Positions 1 to 7,476 of a stretch of 23,033 nt of DNA are shown here, in pieces. Both the position numbers and the translations under genes were made by a program. Numbering within the stretch: the first letter of the stretch is position 1; each line of letters opens with the position of its first letter. Source of the DNA: Vulcanimicrobiota bacterium (lineage in GTDB: Bacteria > Vulcanimicrobiota > Vulcanimicrobiia > Vulcanimicrobiales > Vulcanimicrobiaceae). The notes under the pieces are model-generated. The model was not told the origin of the DNA. It saw nothing but the letters and a program-made list of their open reading frames with translations, and did not search any database. Location of the stretch: contig CAWAXX010000027.1 in the NCBI GenBank assembly GCA_963786105.1, positions 1 to 23,033 of the forward strand, written 5' to 3'.

Positions 1-22
1 AATGGCATTGTAAGACCTAACG

Positions 23-409
23 ATGCTCGAGAGCCAGACTGGCGCGATTCTGATCGTCACCGGCACCTTAACCCTGCTCGCCGCCGCCGCAGTCGTGGCG
101 CCCGCCGCGGTTTTGCGGGCCGTGCTCGGCAGCACCGCGCCCGATCGCGTCACTCGCGCGGTAACGAGGCACTGGGGGCTGCTCGTCGCGCTCTTCGGGG
201 TGCTGCTCGTGTACGCCGGCTATCACCCGGAGGTGCGCGCGCCGGTGATGCTCGCCGCGGCGATCGAGAAGCTTGGCGTCGCCGCGATCTTCGGGATCGC
301 GCTGCCGCGCCGCCCGCTGCTCGTTGCGATCATCGCGGGCGACGTAGCGATGGCGATTATCTATCTCGTGATTCTCAGCGCCTCGTTGCGATCGTTGCGG
401 GCGCAATAA
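23..409 (+). CDS. Hypothetical small membrane protein (about 4 hydrophobic segments)
   Basis: 128-aa ORF that is strongly hydrophobic and contains RHWGLLV and IEKL motifs. No family recognised with certainty. Confidence 0.7.
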   Translation: MLESQTGAILIVTGTLTLLAAAAVVAPAAVLRAVLGSTAPDRVTRAVTRHWGLLVALFGVLLVYAGYHPEVRAPVMLAAAIEKLGVAAIFGIALPRRPLLVAIIAGDVAMAIIYLVILSASLRSLRAQ

Positions 410-471
410 TCGGCGCGGTTCCTCGTGCTCTGTCGCGGGTTGCGGGTGTCGGACCCGGGTATAAGCGACGC

Positions 472-870
472 ATGAGAGCAACCTGGAAACCGCACGAAAA
501 GCACGGGCGCCTTACCAAACAGAGCGATCTGCCCGATAGCGTCTATGCTTTCCCGTCGGAGCGGAAGGAGCCGCTCACGGATGCCCGGCACGTCCGCAAT
601 GCCGTGGCGCGCTTCGATCAAGTGACCGGCGTTTCGGATCGCGAGCGGGCCCTCGCCTTCGCCAACATCAAGAAAGCGGCCGAGTATTACGACGTCGATC
701 TCTCCGAGAGCACGTGGCACGACCTAGGCGTCCGCCCACAGCGTAATCGCAAGGCGGCCGCACGCAAAGCGGTGGCGACGCGCAAGCGCAAAACCGTGGC
801 GACGCGCAAGCGCAAAACGGTGGCCGGTGGGTCGTCACGTAAGAAGAAGGGATCGCGCAAGAGCGCATAA
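472..870 (+). CDS. DUF6582-like protein with a Lys/Arg-rich C-terminal tail
   Basis: Motif LPDSVYAFPSERKEPLTDARHVRNAVARFDQV, recalled as DUF6582. The basic tail contains a tandem repeat. Confidence 0.75.
   Translation: MRATWKPHEKHGRLTKQSDLPDSVYAFPSERKEPLTDARHVRNAVARFDQVTGVSDRERALAFANIKKAAEYYDVDLSESTWHDLGVRPQRNRKAAARKAVATRKRKTVATRKRKTVAGGSSRKKKGSRKSA
772..824 (+). repeat. In-frame 24-bp tandem repeat (2 copies plus a partial one) encoding VATRKRKT
   Basis: gtggcgacgcgcaagcgcaaaacc (772-795), gtggcgacgcgcaagcgcaaaacg (796-819), then gtggc. Confidence 0.9.
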
Positions 871-894
871 TCTTGCTGATCCGGAGGTAGGACG

Positions 895-1092
895 ATGGAT
901 AAGATGCCGCACGAGCATGCCAACGGGACGGTGCACACGCACGAGGGTGACAAACCGGGCCACTCGCACGATCATTTGCACCCTCACGAGCATTACGACG
1001 GAACCGTCCACACGCACGAGCACAGCCACGACGGCTCGGATGCCGATCACCAGCACGAGCACGAAGAGGCTGGGCGCGATGCCTCGAGCTAA
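895..1092 (+). CDS. His-rich micro-protein, putative nickel-binding or storage peptide
   Basis: 65 aa with 17 His, mostly in HxH patterns. GGAGG RBS at 883-887. Duplicated PHEHxxGTVHTHE motif. Confidence 0.75.
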   Translation: MDKMPHEHANGTVHTHEGDKPGHSHDHLHPHEHYDGTVHTHEHSHDGSDADHQHEHEEAGRDASS

Positions 1093-1444
1093 GGGATCGG
1101 GAAAACTAGGTCCGGTGAGATCGCTGCGGTTGCCGCTCGAACTCGACGGCTGGTTCGAGCAACGGCTGCGCGACGATGGGGCTCGCCCTGCGAGCGACAT
1201 TCTCTTAGAGGCGGTACACGGCGGCTTACGCCTGCAGCCCGGTTATATGATCCGCCAGCACAGCGCGCTCGGCCAGCTGGTTCGTGCCGGCGACCGGATT
1301 CGCTACGACTCGTACGTTTGCGCGCTGGCCGACTCGTTCGGAAGCGCGTACGTGAACCATCTTGAGGCGTGGCTCTTTGCCGACGGAACCCTTCCATTCG
1401 ATACGGAAACCTCGACCGAAGCAGAAATTGCCGTCACGCGATAA
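1079..1444 (+). CDS. Hypothetical protein with an N-terminal ribbon-helix-helix-like DNA-binding segment
   Basis: ATG at 1079 overlaps the end of the His-rich gene and is the likely true start of track ORF 827..1444. VRSLRLPLELDGWFEQRLRDDGARPASDILLEAV fits the RHH strand-helix-helix pattern. Confidence 0.6.
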   Translation: MPRAKGSGKLGPVRSLRLPLELDGWFEQRLRDDGARPASDILLEAVHGGLRLQPGYMIRQHSALGQLVRAGDRIRYDSYVCALADSFGSAYVNHLEAWLFADGTLPFDTETSTEAEIAVTR

Positions 1445-2397
1445 CGCTGCAGGGCGTGGACTCCCATCGAGCCTGCCCAGGCTAGCGCCAACGCACCGAC
1501 GATCGCGAATCCAAGCCAGCCCACCGAGACGTTAGCGCCGGCGATGCTCGTCAACTCGACGCCGCCGACGATGACGGCAACGAGTACCGATGCCGACGTG
1601 ATCGCGAGATTGTAGTAGAGCTTGCGTTCGGGCTTGAGAAAGGCCCAACCGTACGCGCCGAGCATTAGGACGCCATCGGTCGTATCGACCAGCGACATGC
1701 CGGCGGTAAACAACGCCGGGAAGATCAGAATCGCCCACACCGGTAAGCCTTTACCGGCTTCGATCGCCGCGAGGCCGAGGAGACCGACCTCGGTGGCGGT
1801 GTCGAATCCGAGACCGAAAAGCATGCCGATAAGATACATGTGGCGGCTTCGTGTCACCAAGCGCAGCAGGGGCTTGAAGATACGCCCCAGCAACCCGCGT
1901 CGATCGAGCGATTCCCCGAGGCTCTCCTCGGAGAATGTTCCGTTTTGTCGCAGCCGCAGCAGCGCTTGCACGATGTCGACCAGCACGAACGCATTGATGG
2001 CGGCGATCACGAACAGGAAGGCTGCCGAAATGCCGGTACCGGCGAGCCCCCCAAAGTTTTCCAAGCTCGAGAGGTGCGAGCGAATGCTTCCCGCGCCGAG
2101 TACGATGGCGAGTGTCAACAGTACTACGATGGTCGAATGCCCGAGCGAGAAGAACAGGCCGACGCTGACCGGCCGTTTTCCCTCTTGCATCAGCTTGCGC
2201 GTGACGTTGTCGATCGCGCAGATGTGATCGGCATCCACGGCGTGGCGCAACCCGAACGTGTAGGCGAGCAGCGCCGTGCCTAGCAACAGCGCGTGCGGCG
2301 GAGCGAAGAAACGAAAGGCGGCGACCCAGACGAGCACGTTGGCTCCAAGCAGGAGCGCGTACGTGATTGCAATCTTGGTGCGCGTGGATTCGGCCAC
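1303..2397 (-). CDS. hoxN: High-affinity nickel/cobalt permease, NiCoT (HoxN/HupN/NixA) family
   Basis: Signature motifs RHAVDADHI, FFSLGHSTIV and LFGLGFDTATE, with multiple transmembrane segments. Confidence 0.93.
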   Translation of the reverse strand: MAESTRTKIAITYALLLGANVLVWVAAFRFFAPPHALLLGTALLAYTFGLRHAVDADHICAIDNVTRKLMQEGKRPVSVGLFFSLGHSTIVVLLTLAIVLGAGSIRSHLSSLENFGGLAGTGISAAFLFVIAAINAFVLVDIVQALLRLRQNGTFSEESLGESLDRRGLLGRIFKPLLRLVTRSRHMYLIGMLFGLGFDTATEVGLLGLAAIEAGKGLPVWAILIFPALFTAGMSLVDTTDGVLMLGAYGWAFLKPERKLYYNLAITSASVLVAVIVGGVELTSIAGANVSVGWLGFAIVGALALAWAGSMGVHALQRYRVTAISASVEVSVSNGRVPSAKSHASRWFTYALPNESASAQTYES

Positions 2398-2451
2398 GCG
2401 ATCGCGTTCTACGCTACGAAGACCTGAACCGCCGCGTTTCTGTAGACAAAT

Positions 2452-5040
2452 TCACGAGGGAGCGGTTTGTGCGAAACGGGTACGATCGCGCCGCATCGCG
2501 TCTTGTGCCAACGTTTGCGACAGCTCTCGCCGAACTTCGGCGAGATAGGCGGCGTACGGTTCGAACCAGCTCCATCCGGCCACGTGCGCCGGGGTGCGAT
2601 CGCTCCAGCTTCCCAGCAGCCGTTCCACGCGCTGCCGTTGCGACTCGCCCAACATACCCGCGCCGCGGACCGAGTGCAGGACGTTTTCGATCTCGCGAAC
2701 GTCGCTGCCGACGTGCTCTCCAAGCGCGTATCCGTTTCTCGCGTTTTGAATCGACTCGCGATCTCCGAGCTGCGCGCGCGTTCGCGAGACGCACATCTTC
2801 AAGGCGTTGACGGCGCCTTTTCGGTCGAGCGCCGGCCAAATGGCGGCGGCCAGCCTTTCGTTGGCCGTGCCGTTCTCGAAGAGCGCGAGCGCGGCAAGCA
2901 GTTCGAGACCGCGGTCGGAGACGTGAAGGATCTCCGCACCGCGCCGGACGTGACCGCGGATGACGTCAACGAAGAGCCGGCCGTGGCGTGCCCTCAACGG
3001 CGATCGCGCGACGCGCGCGGCGAGACCTTTGAAAATGCCGTAATCTTCCAGTTCGGGCGAATCTACGAGCAGCTCGATCGACGTCTGAAGTGGCGGCGAT
3101 TCGATCGAAGCGGCAATCGAGCGCGCCTCGAGCAGCCGGCGGCGTTGCGGCGGAGCGAGCAGCGCCGCGCATACGCGGATGACGACGCGCAGAAAGTCGT
3201 TCTCGCTTCCGTCGATACGCTCGATTGCGCGATCCATCAGCGCGACGGCCCGATCTCCGTCGTAAGAGGTTAGCGCCTCTTGAAGGTCGACGAATGCCGC
3301 AGACTCTATCGCGGCGCCGTCCCGCGCAGCGCTGACGACGAGGATCTGCCGCGCCGCCGCGACGCGATCGTCGTCGTCGCGGAACCATGCCGCTTGCGCG
3401 ACGGCACGTGCTGCCTCGACGATGCGCTCGCTGGGTCCGGTGCGTAAGGCCGATGCGAGGCGCTCTTCGCTGAGTTTGAGGAGATCGTCCCAGTTACCGT
3501 GCGTTATGGCTTTTGCCGCGGCGATCTGGGCGCGCTCCTCGTCAAAGCGCAGATGCCGCGCTTCGTAGATGCCGGCAGCCTCTTCCACGAAACGGTCGGC
3601 ATCTATGAAGCGGCCTTGTTTGGCGGCGACCACGGCTGCAGTCATCAAAGCGAGGCGCTGCTCTTCGGGCGTTTCGCCGGGCGATGCCAGCGCGGCCAGA
3701 TCGGCGAGCGTTGCGCGAGCCTCTGCGAGCCGGTCGAGCTCGCACGCGAGCATCGCCCGCCGGACGCCGAGACGCCGGTAGAGCGCCGGAGAGGCGTCGG
3801 GCGAGACCGCCTGCTGCAGCGCGGCGGCTTCTTCGTAGAGACGCGCGGCCTCCGCACTACGCTGCCGGTTTTTGAGCGTAGCAATCCACAAGTTGGGACG
3901 CGTCGCCAGCGACGAAACCGGAATCTTGGCGAGGGCGTCGACCAGTCGCGAGGACGGCTGCTGCAAGGTCTCGAGCGACAGGCGATCGAGTACGGCGGCT
4001 GCAGACTCGCGTTCGCCGGCGACGTTGTAGAGCTCCGCGGCTCGCAAGAAATCACCCAGGCGTTCGTTTCCGCGCGCCGCACGCAGGACGTAATCGGCAA
4101 AGTCGCTTCCGTACCGGGCGCGCAGCGCGGCGTGCAGAAGCGGATGTAACGTATACGTTCCGGACTCGTACGTAATGAAGCCGGGGAGGCGCAATAAACC
4201 TTCGATAACCGGCGAGGCGTGGGCGATGCCGCTTGCTACGGAGATGTCTTCGAGCGTTGCGTGCGGGATGGCCGCAGCGGCCAGCATCGTTGACGTCATC
4301 TCCGCGGTCAGCGCCGAGAGGACCTCGTTGACGAGATACTCGTGCAGATCGGTCGGTATCGTGCCGAGCCGCTCGAGCAGGCCGCCGAGGTCGGCTTCGT
4401 AATGCGCGATGCGTGCCAGCAACAGGAGCGCGATCGGCCACCCTTCCGCCAAACGGACGATCCGATCGATCGTCGGTTCTGCGAGATCGGTGCCCTGGAA
4501 GATGGCGGCCGCTTCTTCGGCATCGAGCTGCAGTTCATCGCGCGCGAGCGTGAGCACTTGATGCGGCTCCAAATAACGCTCGACTTCGAGCGGCAGCGGT
4601 CGCCGCGAACTTACGAGCAGCACGCGCTCGGCCGGACGCGCGGCAAGAAGATCACCGATAAGCGCAAGCACGCTGGGCTGCTCCGCGATAGTATCGGCGC
4701 TCTCGAGAATCAACAGCGCGCGCTCTTGACGGAGCTTCCAGAACTCGAGAAGCGCGCGGCTCCACGCAGCCTCGCCGGCCTGGGTCGCGTGCAGCGCCAA
4801 TCGGGTGCGCGCGATGGTCTCCCCGCCGGGCGATTCGCCGGCGAGCGCCGCCATCAGACGTCCGGCGAAGTCGACGGTTCCGGCAAGCTCGGCGCAGTTG
4901 CAGATCGCGTGACGATCGAATCGGCGGGCAAAAAGCTCGGCGAAATCCGTTTTGCCGTAACCGGGCGGGGCGCAGAGAAGGACGAGGCGCGGTTCGGCTG
5001 CACCGAGGCGGGCCAGCAAGCGCCGGCGGGCGAGAATCAT
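2452..5040 (-). CDS. Large MalT/STAND-like transcriptional regulator (P-loop, helical repeat region, C-terminal winged-helix/SARP-like domain)
   Basis: Walker A-like LCAPPGYGKT and MalT-like EGWPIALLL motif. C-terminal LAAAIWPALD...NALKMCVSRTRAQLG...GYAL...SDV resembles an OmpR/SARP winged helix. Start placed at ATG 5040, which forms an ATGA overlap with the hypB stop. Confidence 0.8.
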   Translation of the reverse strand: MILARRRLLARLGAAEPRLVLLCAPPGYGKTDFAELFARRFDRHAICNCAELAGTVDFAGRLMAALAGESPGGETIARTRLALHATQAGEAAWSRALLEFWKLRQERALLILESADTIAEQPSVLALIGDLLAARPAERVLLVSSRRPLPLEVERYLEPHQVLTLARDELQLDAEEAAAIFQGTDLAEPTIDRIVRLAEGWPIALLLLARIAHYEADLGGLLERLGTIPTDLHEYLVNEVLSALTAEMTSTMLAAAAIPHATLEDISVASGIAHASPVIEGLLRLPGFITYESGTYTLHPLLHAALRARYGSDFADYVLRAARGNERLGDFLRAAELYNVAGERESAAAVLDRLSLETLQQPSSRLVDALAKIPVSSLATRPNLWIATLKNRQRSAEAARLYEEAAALQQAVSPDASPALYRRLGVRRAMLACELDRLAEARATLADLAALASPGETPEEQRLALMTAAVVAAKQGRFIDADRFVEEAAGIYEARHLRFDEERAQIAAAKAITHGNWDDLLKLSEERLASALRTGPSERIVEAARAVAQAAWFRDDDDRVAAARQILVVSAARDGAAIESAAFVDLQEALTSYDGDRAVALMDRAIERIDGSENDFLRVVIRVCAALLAPPQRRRLLEARSIAASIESPPLQTSIELLVDSPELEDYGIFKGLAARVARSPLRARHGRLFVDVIRGHVRRGAEILHVSDRGLELLAALALFENGTANERLAAAIWPALDRKGAVNALKMCVSRTRAQLGDRESIQNARNGYALGEHVGSDVREIENVLHSVRGAGMLGESQRQRVERLLGSWSDRTPAHVAGWSWFEPYAAYLAEVRRELSQTLAQDAMRRDRTRFAQTAPS

Positions 5041-5717
5041 CCAGCCGGAGCGAGCGATTTCGTGCGGATCATCTCCTCGAGTAGCGCGAACCACTCGTCC
5101 ATGCCTGCTCCGGTTCGCGCCGAAAGCTCGAGAATCCGCGCTTTCGGATTGACTTGACGGATGCTGGCGGTAGCCGCTGCCCGATCGTAACCCACGGCCT
5201 CCGCGATGTCGATCTTGGTGATTGTCGCGACCTGCGAAGTATTGAACGCCAGCGGATATTTGAGCGGCTTGTCCTCGCCTTCGGTCACGGAAAAAAGCAC
5301 GACGCGCAGGTCTTCACCCAGATCGTATTCGGCCGGACAGATCAGGTTGCCGACGTTCTCGATAAAGAGTACGTCGAAGCGGCGCGTTTCCCAGGCGTCG
5401 AGTCCCGCGGCAATCATGTCGGCGTCGAGCCGGCATTCGGCACCGGTGGTGATTTGACGCACGGCGACGCCATCGCGGCTCAAACGAATCGCGTCGTTGT
5501 CGGTAGCTTGATCGCCCACGAGCACGCCGACTTTATAACGAGGTCCCAGTCGTTCCAACGTGCGCTCGAGCAACGTCGTTTTACCGGAGCCCGGGCTCGA
5601 CAGCACGTTGATGACGAGCGTTCCGCTTGCAGCGAAGCGCTCTCGAAGCCGGTTTGCGATCGCATCGTTCTTTACCATGAGATTTCGCGCGATAGCGATG
5701 ACGCGCATCTGGTTCAT
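5037..5717 (-). CDS. hypB: Hydrogenase nickel-incorporation GTPase HypB (short form, no His-rich leader)
   Basis: SSPGSGKTTLL, IENVGNLICPAEYDLGE, SVTEGEDKPLKYP and TKID motifs. Confidence 0.96.
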   Translation of the reverse strand: MNQMRVIAIARNLMVKNDAIANRLRERFAASGTLVINVLSSPGSGKTTLLERTLERLGPRYKVGVLVGDQATDNDAIRLSRDGVAVRQITTGAECRLDADMIAAGLDAWETRRFDVLFIENVGNLICPAEYDLGEDLRVVLFSVTEGEDKPLKYPLAFNTSQVATITKIDIAEAVGYDRAAATASIRQVNPKARILELSARTGAGMDEWFALLEEMIRTKSLAPAG

Positions 5718-6061
5718 GCCGGAACCTCCATTGCGACGAGCTCCATTTCGCGTCCCCGAACGACGCGCGGCGAGACGGTTTCACAATCGGGGCAAAGCAA
5801 ACCCGATCCGGGTCGCGGTGCGCGCTCGCCGAGACACCGTTCACAATAGACAATCAACGGAATCTCTTCGAGGCGCAGCTGGCTGCCTTCGCAGATCGTC
5901 TCGGCCGTGACGGCATCCCAGGAGAAGAGCAAGGCGTCACGCACGATGCCGCTGAGCGCTCCCACGCGGACGTGAACCGCGTTGACGCGGTCGATCCCCT
6001 GCTCGCGAGCCGTCGTTTCGACGCCCTCAAGGAGACTGAGCGCTACCGATATCTCGTGCAA
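5714..6061 (-). CDS. hypA: Hydrogenase maturation nickel metallochaperone HypA
   Basis: A TTG start at 6061 gives the canonical (M)HEISVA N-terminus, with an AAGGAAGG RBS upstream. Two CxxC motifs (CERC, CPDC) and a GREM C-terminal motif. Confidence 0.94.
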   Translation of the reverse strand: MHEISVALSLLEGVETTAREQGIDRVNAVHVRVGALSGIVRDALLFSWDAVTAETICEGSQLRLEEIPLIVYCERCLGERAPRPGSGLLCPDCETVSPRVVRGREMELVAMEVPA

Positions 6062-6167
6062 ACGTTCGCCTTCCTTGCGACAGACGGTTTGAGCATTAAC
6101 CATAACCGCTGAGGGGCGATTTGAAAAGCGGCCCAGCGCCGTCGGCCCGCCTAGTGCTCGCTCACTC

Positions 6168-6183
6168 GTAACCGTCCGGTAAC
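6168..6183. promoter_or_regulatory. Direct-repeat operator candidate GTAAC-N6-GTAAC (box 1)
   Basis: GTAAC cgtccg GTAAC, 11-bp period, in the hypA/hhyS divergent intergenic region. Confidence 0.55.
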
Positions 6184-6284
6184 GCCATTCTTCCGCACAG
6201 ATTGCCTCGAAATTCAGAGCGGCGCGCTCGCGGGAGCGGTCGTTCGCGCGAAGCCGCGGCGAATCTCAAAAGTCCGCGGTTGCA

Positions 6285-6300
6285 GTAACGATTCGGTAAC
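6285..6300. promoter_or_regulatory. Direct-repeat operator candidate GTAAC-N6-GTAAC (box 2)
   Basis: GTAAC gattcg GTAAC, with the same architecture and orientation as box 1. Confidence 0.55.
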
Positions 6301-6375
6301 TGATTTGCGCGCATTTTCCCGATAAAACCGCAGCTGTACACCCTTGTAATTCGCAATTTTTTTCACTAGCCTGAT

Positions 6376-6384
6376 TGGTACGGT
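6376..6384 (+). promoter_or_regulatory. Possible extended -10 element (TGnTACGGT) for hhyS
   Basis: TGGTACGGT about 60 nt upstream of the hhyS ATG, preceded by an AT-rich tract. No good -35 element. Confidence 0.3.
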
Positions 6385-6444
6385 GTCCTGCGCGCCGCTG
6401 CGCGACGTTCGGTTCTGCGGCGCATTACGTGTGAGGATAATTGC

Positions 6445-7461
6445 ATGGCGGAAACAGTCGTAAACGTCCTCTGGATCCCGGCCGGACTTAGCTGCGACGG
6501 CGATTCGGTAGCGCTGACGGGTGCATCGCAGCCCAGCATCGAGGAGATTGCCCTCGGAGCCCTTCCCGGACTGCCTCCCGTCAAGTTCCACTGGCCGCTG
6601 ATCGAGTACAGTTTGGGCGGCTCTGAGTTTCTCGAGGCCTTCTTCAAGGCCGAGCGCGGTGAGCTCGACCCGTTCGTTTTAGTGATCGAAGGCTCGATCG
6701 CCAACGAAGAGATAAAAAAAGAAGGCTACTTTACGGGCTTCGGCAACGCGCCGGGCACCGATCAGCCGATTACCTTCAGCGGTTGGATCGACCGCTTATC
6801 GCCCAGAGCCTGGGCCATTTTGGCCGCTGGAACGTGCGCGACGTATGGCGGCATCCATGCGATGGCCGGCAATCCGACCGGAGCGATGGGCATTCTCGAT
6901 TATCTGGGCCACGACTGGAAGTCGAGCGCGGGCCTTCCCATCGTTTGCGTACCCGGATGTCCGATCCAGCCGGATAATCTCTCGGAAACGATCCTCTATC
7001 TGCTTTGGCAGGCTGCGGGACGAGCTCCGATGATTCCCATCGACGACCAAGGCCGTCCGACCTGGCTCTTCGGCAGCACCGTGCACGAAGGTTGCGATCG
7101 CGCCGGTTACTACGAGCAAGGCGAGTTCGCCACGGAATACGACTCGCCCACGTGTTTGGTCAAGCTCGGATGCTGGGGACCGGTCGTTAAGTGCAACGTT
7201 CCCAAGCGCGGCTGGATGGGCGGCGTCGGAGGCTGTCCGAACGTCGGCGGAATTTGCATCGGCTGCACGATGCCGGGCTTCCCCGACAAGTTCATGCCGT
7301 TCATGGACGAGCCGCCGGGCGGCAAGATCTCGGCGACGGTCTCCACCGCGACCGGCACGGTGATCAAGGCATTGCGCAACTTCACGACGGCAACGCTCGA
7401 CAAGGAGCCGAGTTGGCGCCGTAAGGGCAAGCAGCTCACGACGGGCTACATTAAAGGCTGA
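6445..7461 (+). CDS. hhyS: Group 1h [NiFe]-hydrogenase small subunit
   Basis: AGLSCDGDSVA (Asp-substituted proximal cluster motif), GTCATYGGIHAM, VPGCP, HEGCDR, CLVKLGCWGP and CPNVGGICIGC. No Tat signal peptide. GAGGA RBS. Confidence 0.95.
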   Translation: MAETVVNVLWIPAGLSCDGDSVALTGASQPSIEEIALGALPGLPPVKFHWPLIEYSLGGSEFLEAFFKAERGELDPFVLVIEGSIANEEIKKEGYFTGFGNAPGTDQPITFSGWIDRLSPRAWAILAAGTCATYGGIHAMAGNPTGAMGILDYLGHDWKSSAGLPIVCVPGCPIQPDNLSETILYLLWQAAGRAPMIPIDDQGRPTWLFGSTVHEGCDRAGYYEQGEFATEYDSPTCLVKLGCWGPVVKCNVPKRGWMGGVGGCPNVGGICIGCTMPGFPDKFMPFMDEPPGGKISATVSTATGTVIKALRNFTTATLDKEPSWRRKGKQLTTGYIKG

Positions 7462-7476
7462 CAGGAGCGTAGAAAG

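Noticed and set aside
772..824. Direct repeats as a CRISPR array or mobile-element end
   Set aside because: The copies are adjacent with no spacers and lie in frame within a CDS. No cas, transposase or integrase genes are in the window.
827..1078. Thr/Arg-rich N-terminal part of track ORF 827..1444
   Set aside because: It is the shifted reading of the His-rich gene. The plausible protein starts at ATG 1079.
2467..5849. Long + strand ORFs opposite the regulator and hypB (for example 2467..3273, 4342..5157, 5154..5849), and similar antisense ORFs across the hydrogenase operon
   Set aside because: These are shadow frames expected in high-GC coding DNA. They have no recognisable motifs and overlap well-supported genes.
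6062..6103. ATG at 6103 as the hypA start
   Set aside because: HypA needs an N-terminal MHE for nickel binding. TTG at 6061 provides it and has an RBS.
6375..6391. Sigma-54-like element TTGGTACG...TGC upstream of hhyS
   Set aside because: GG and GC are separated by 11 nt rather than the strictly required 10.
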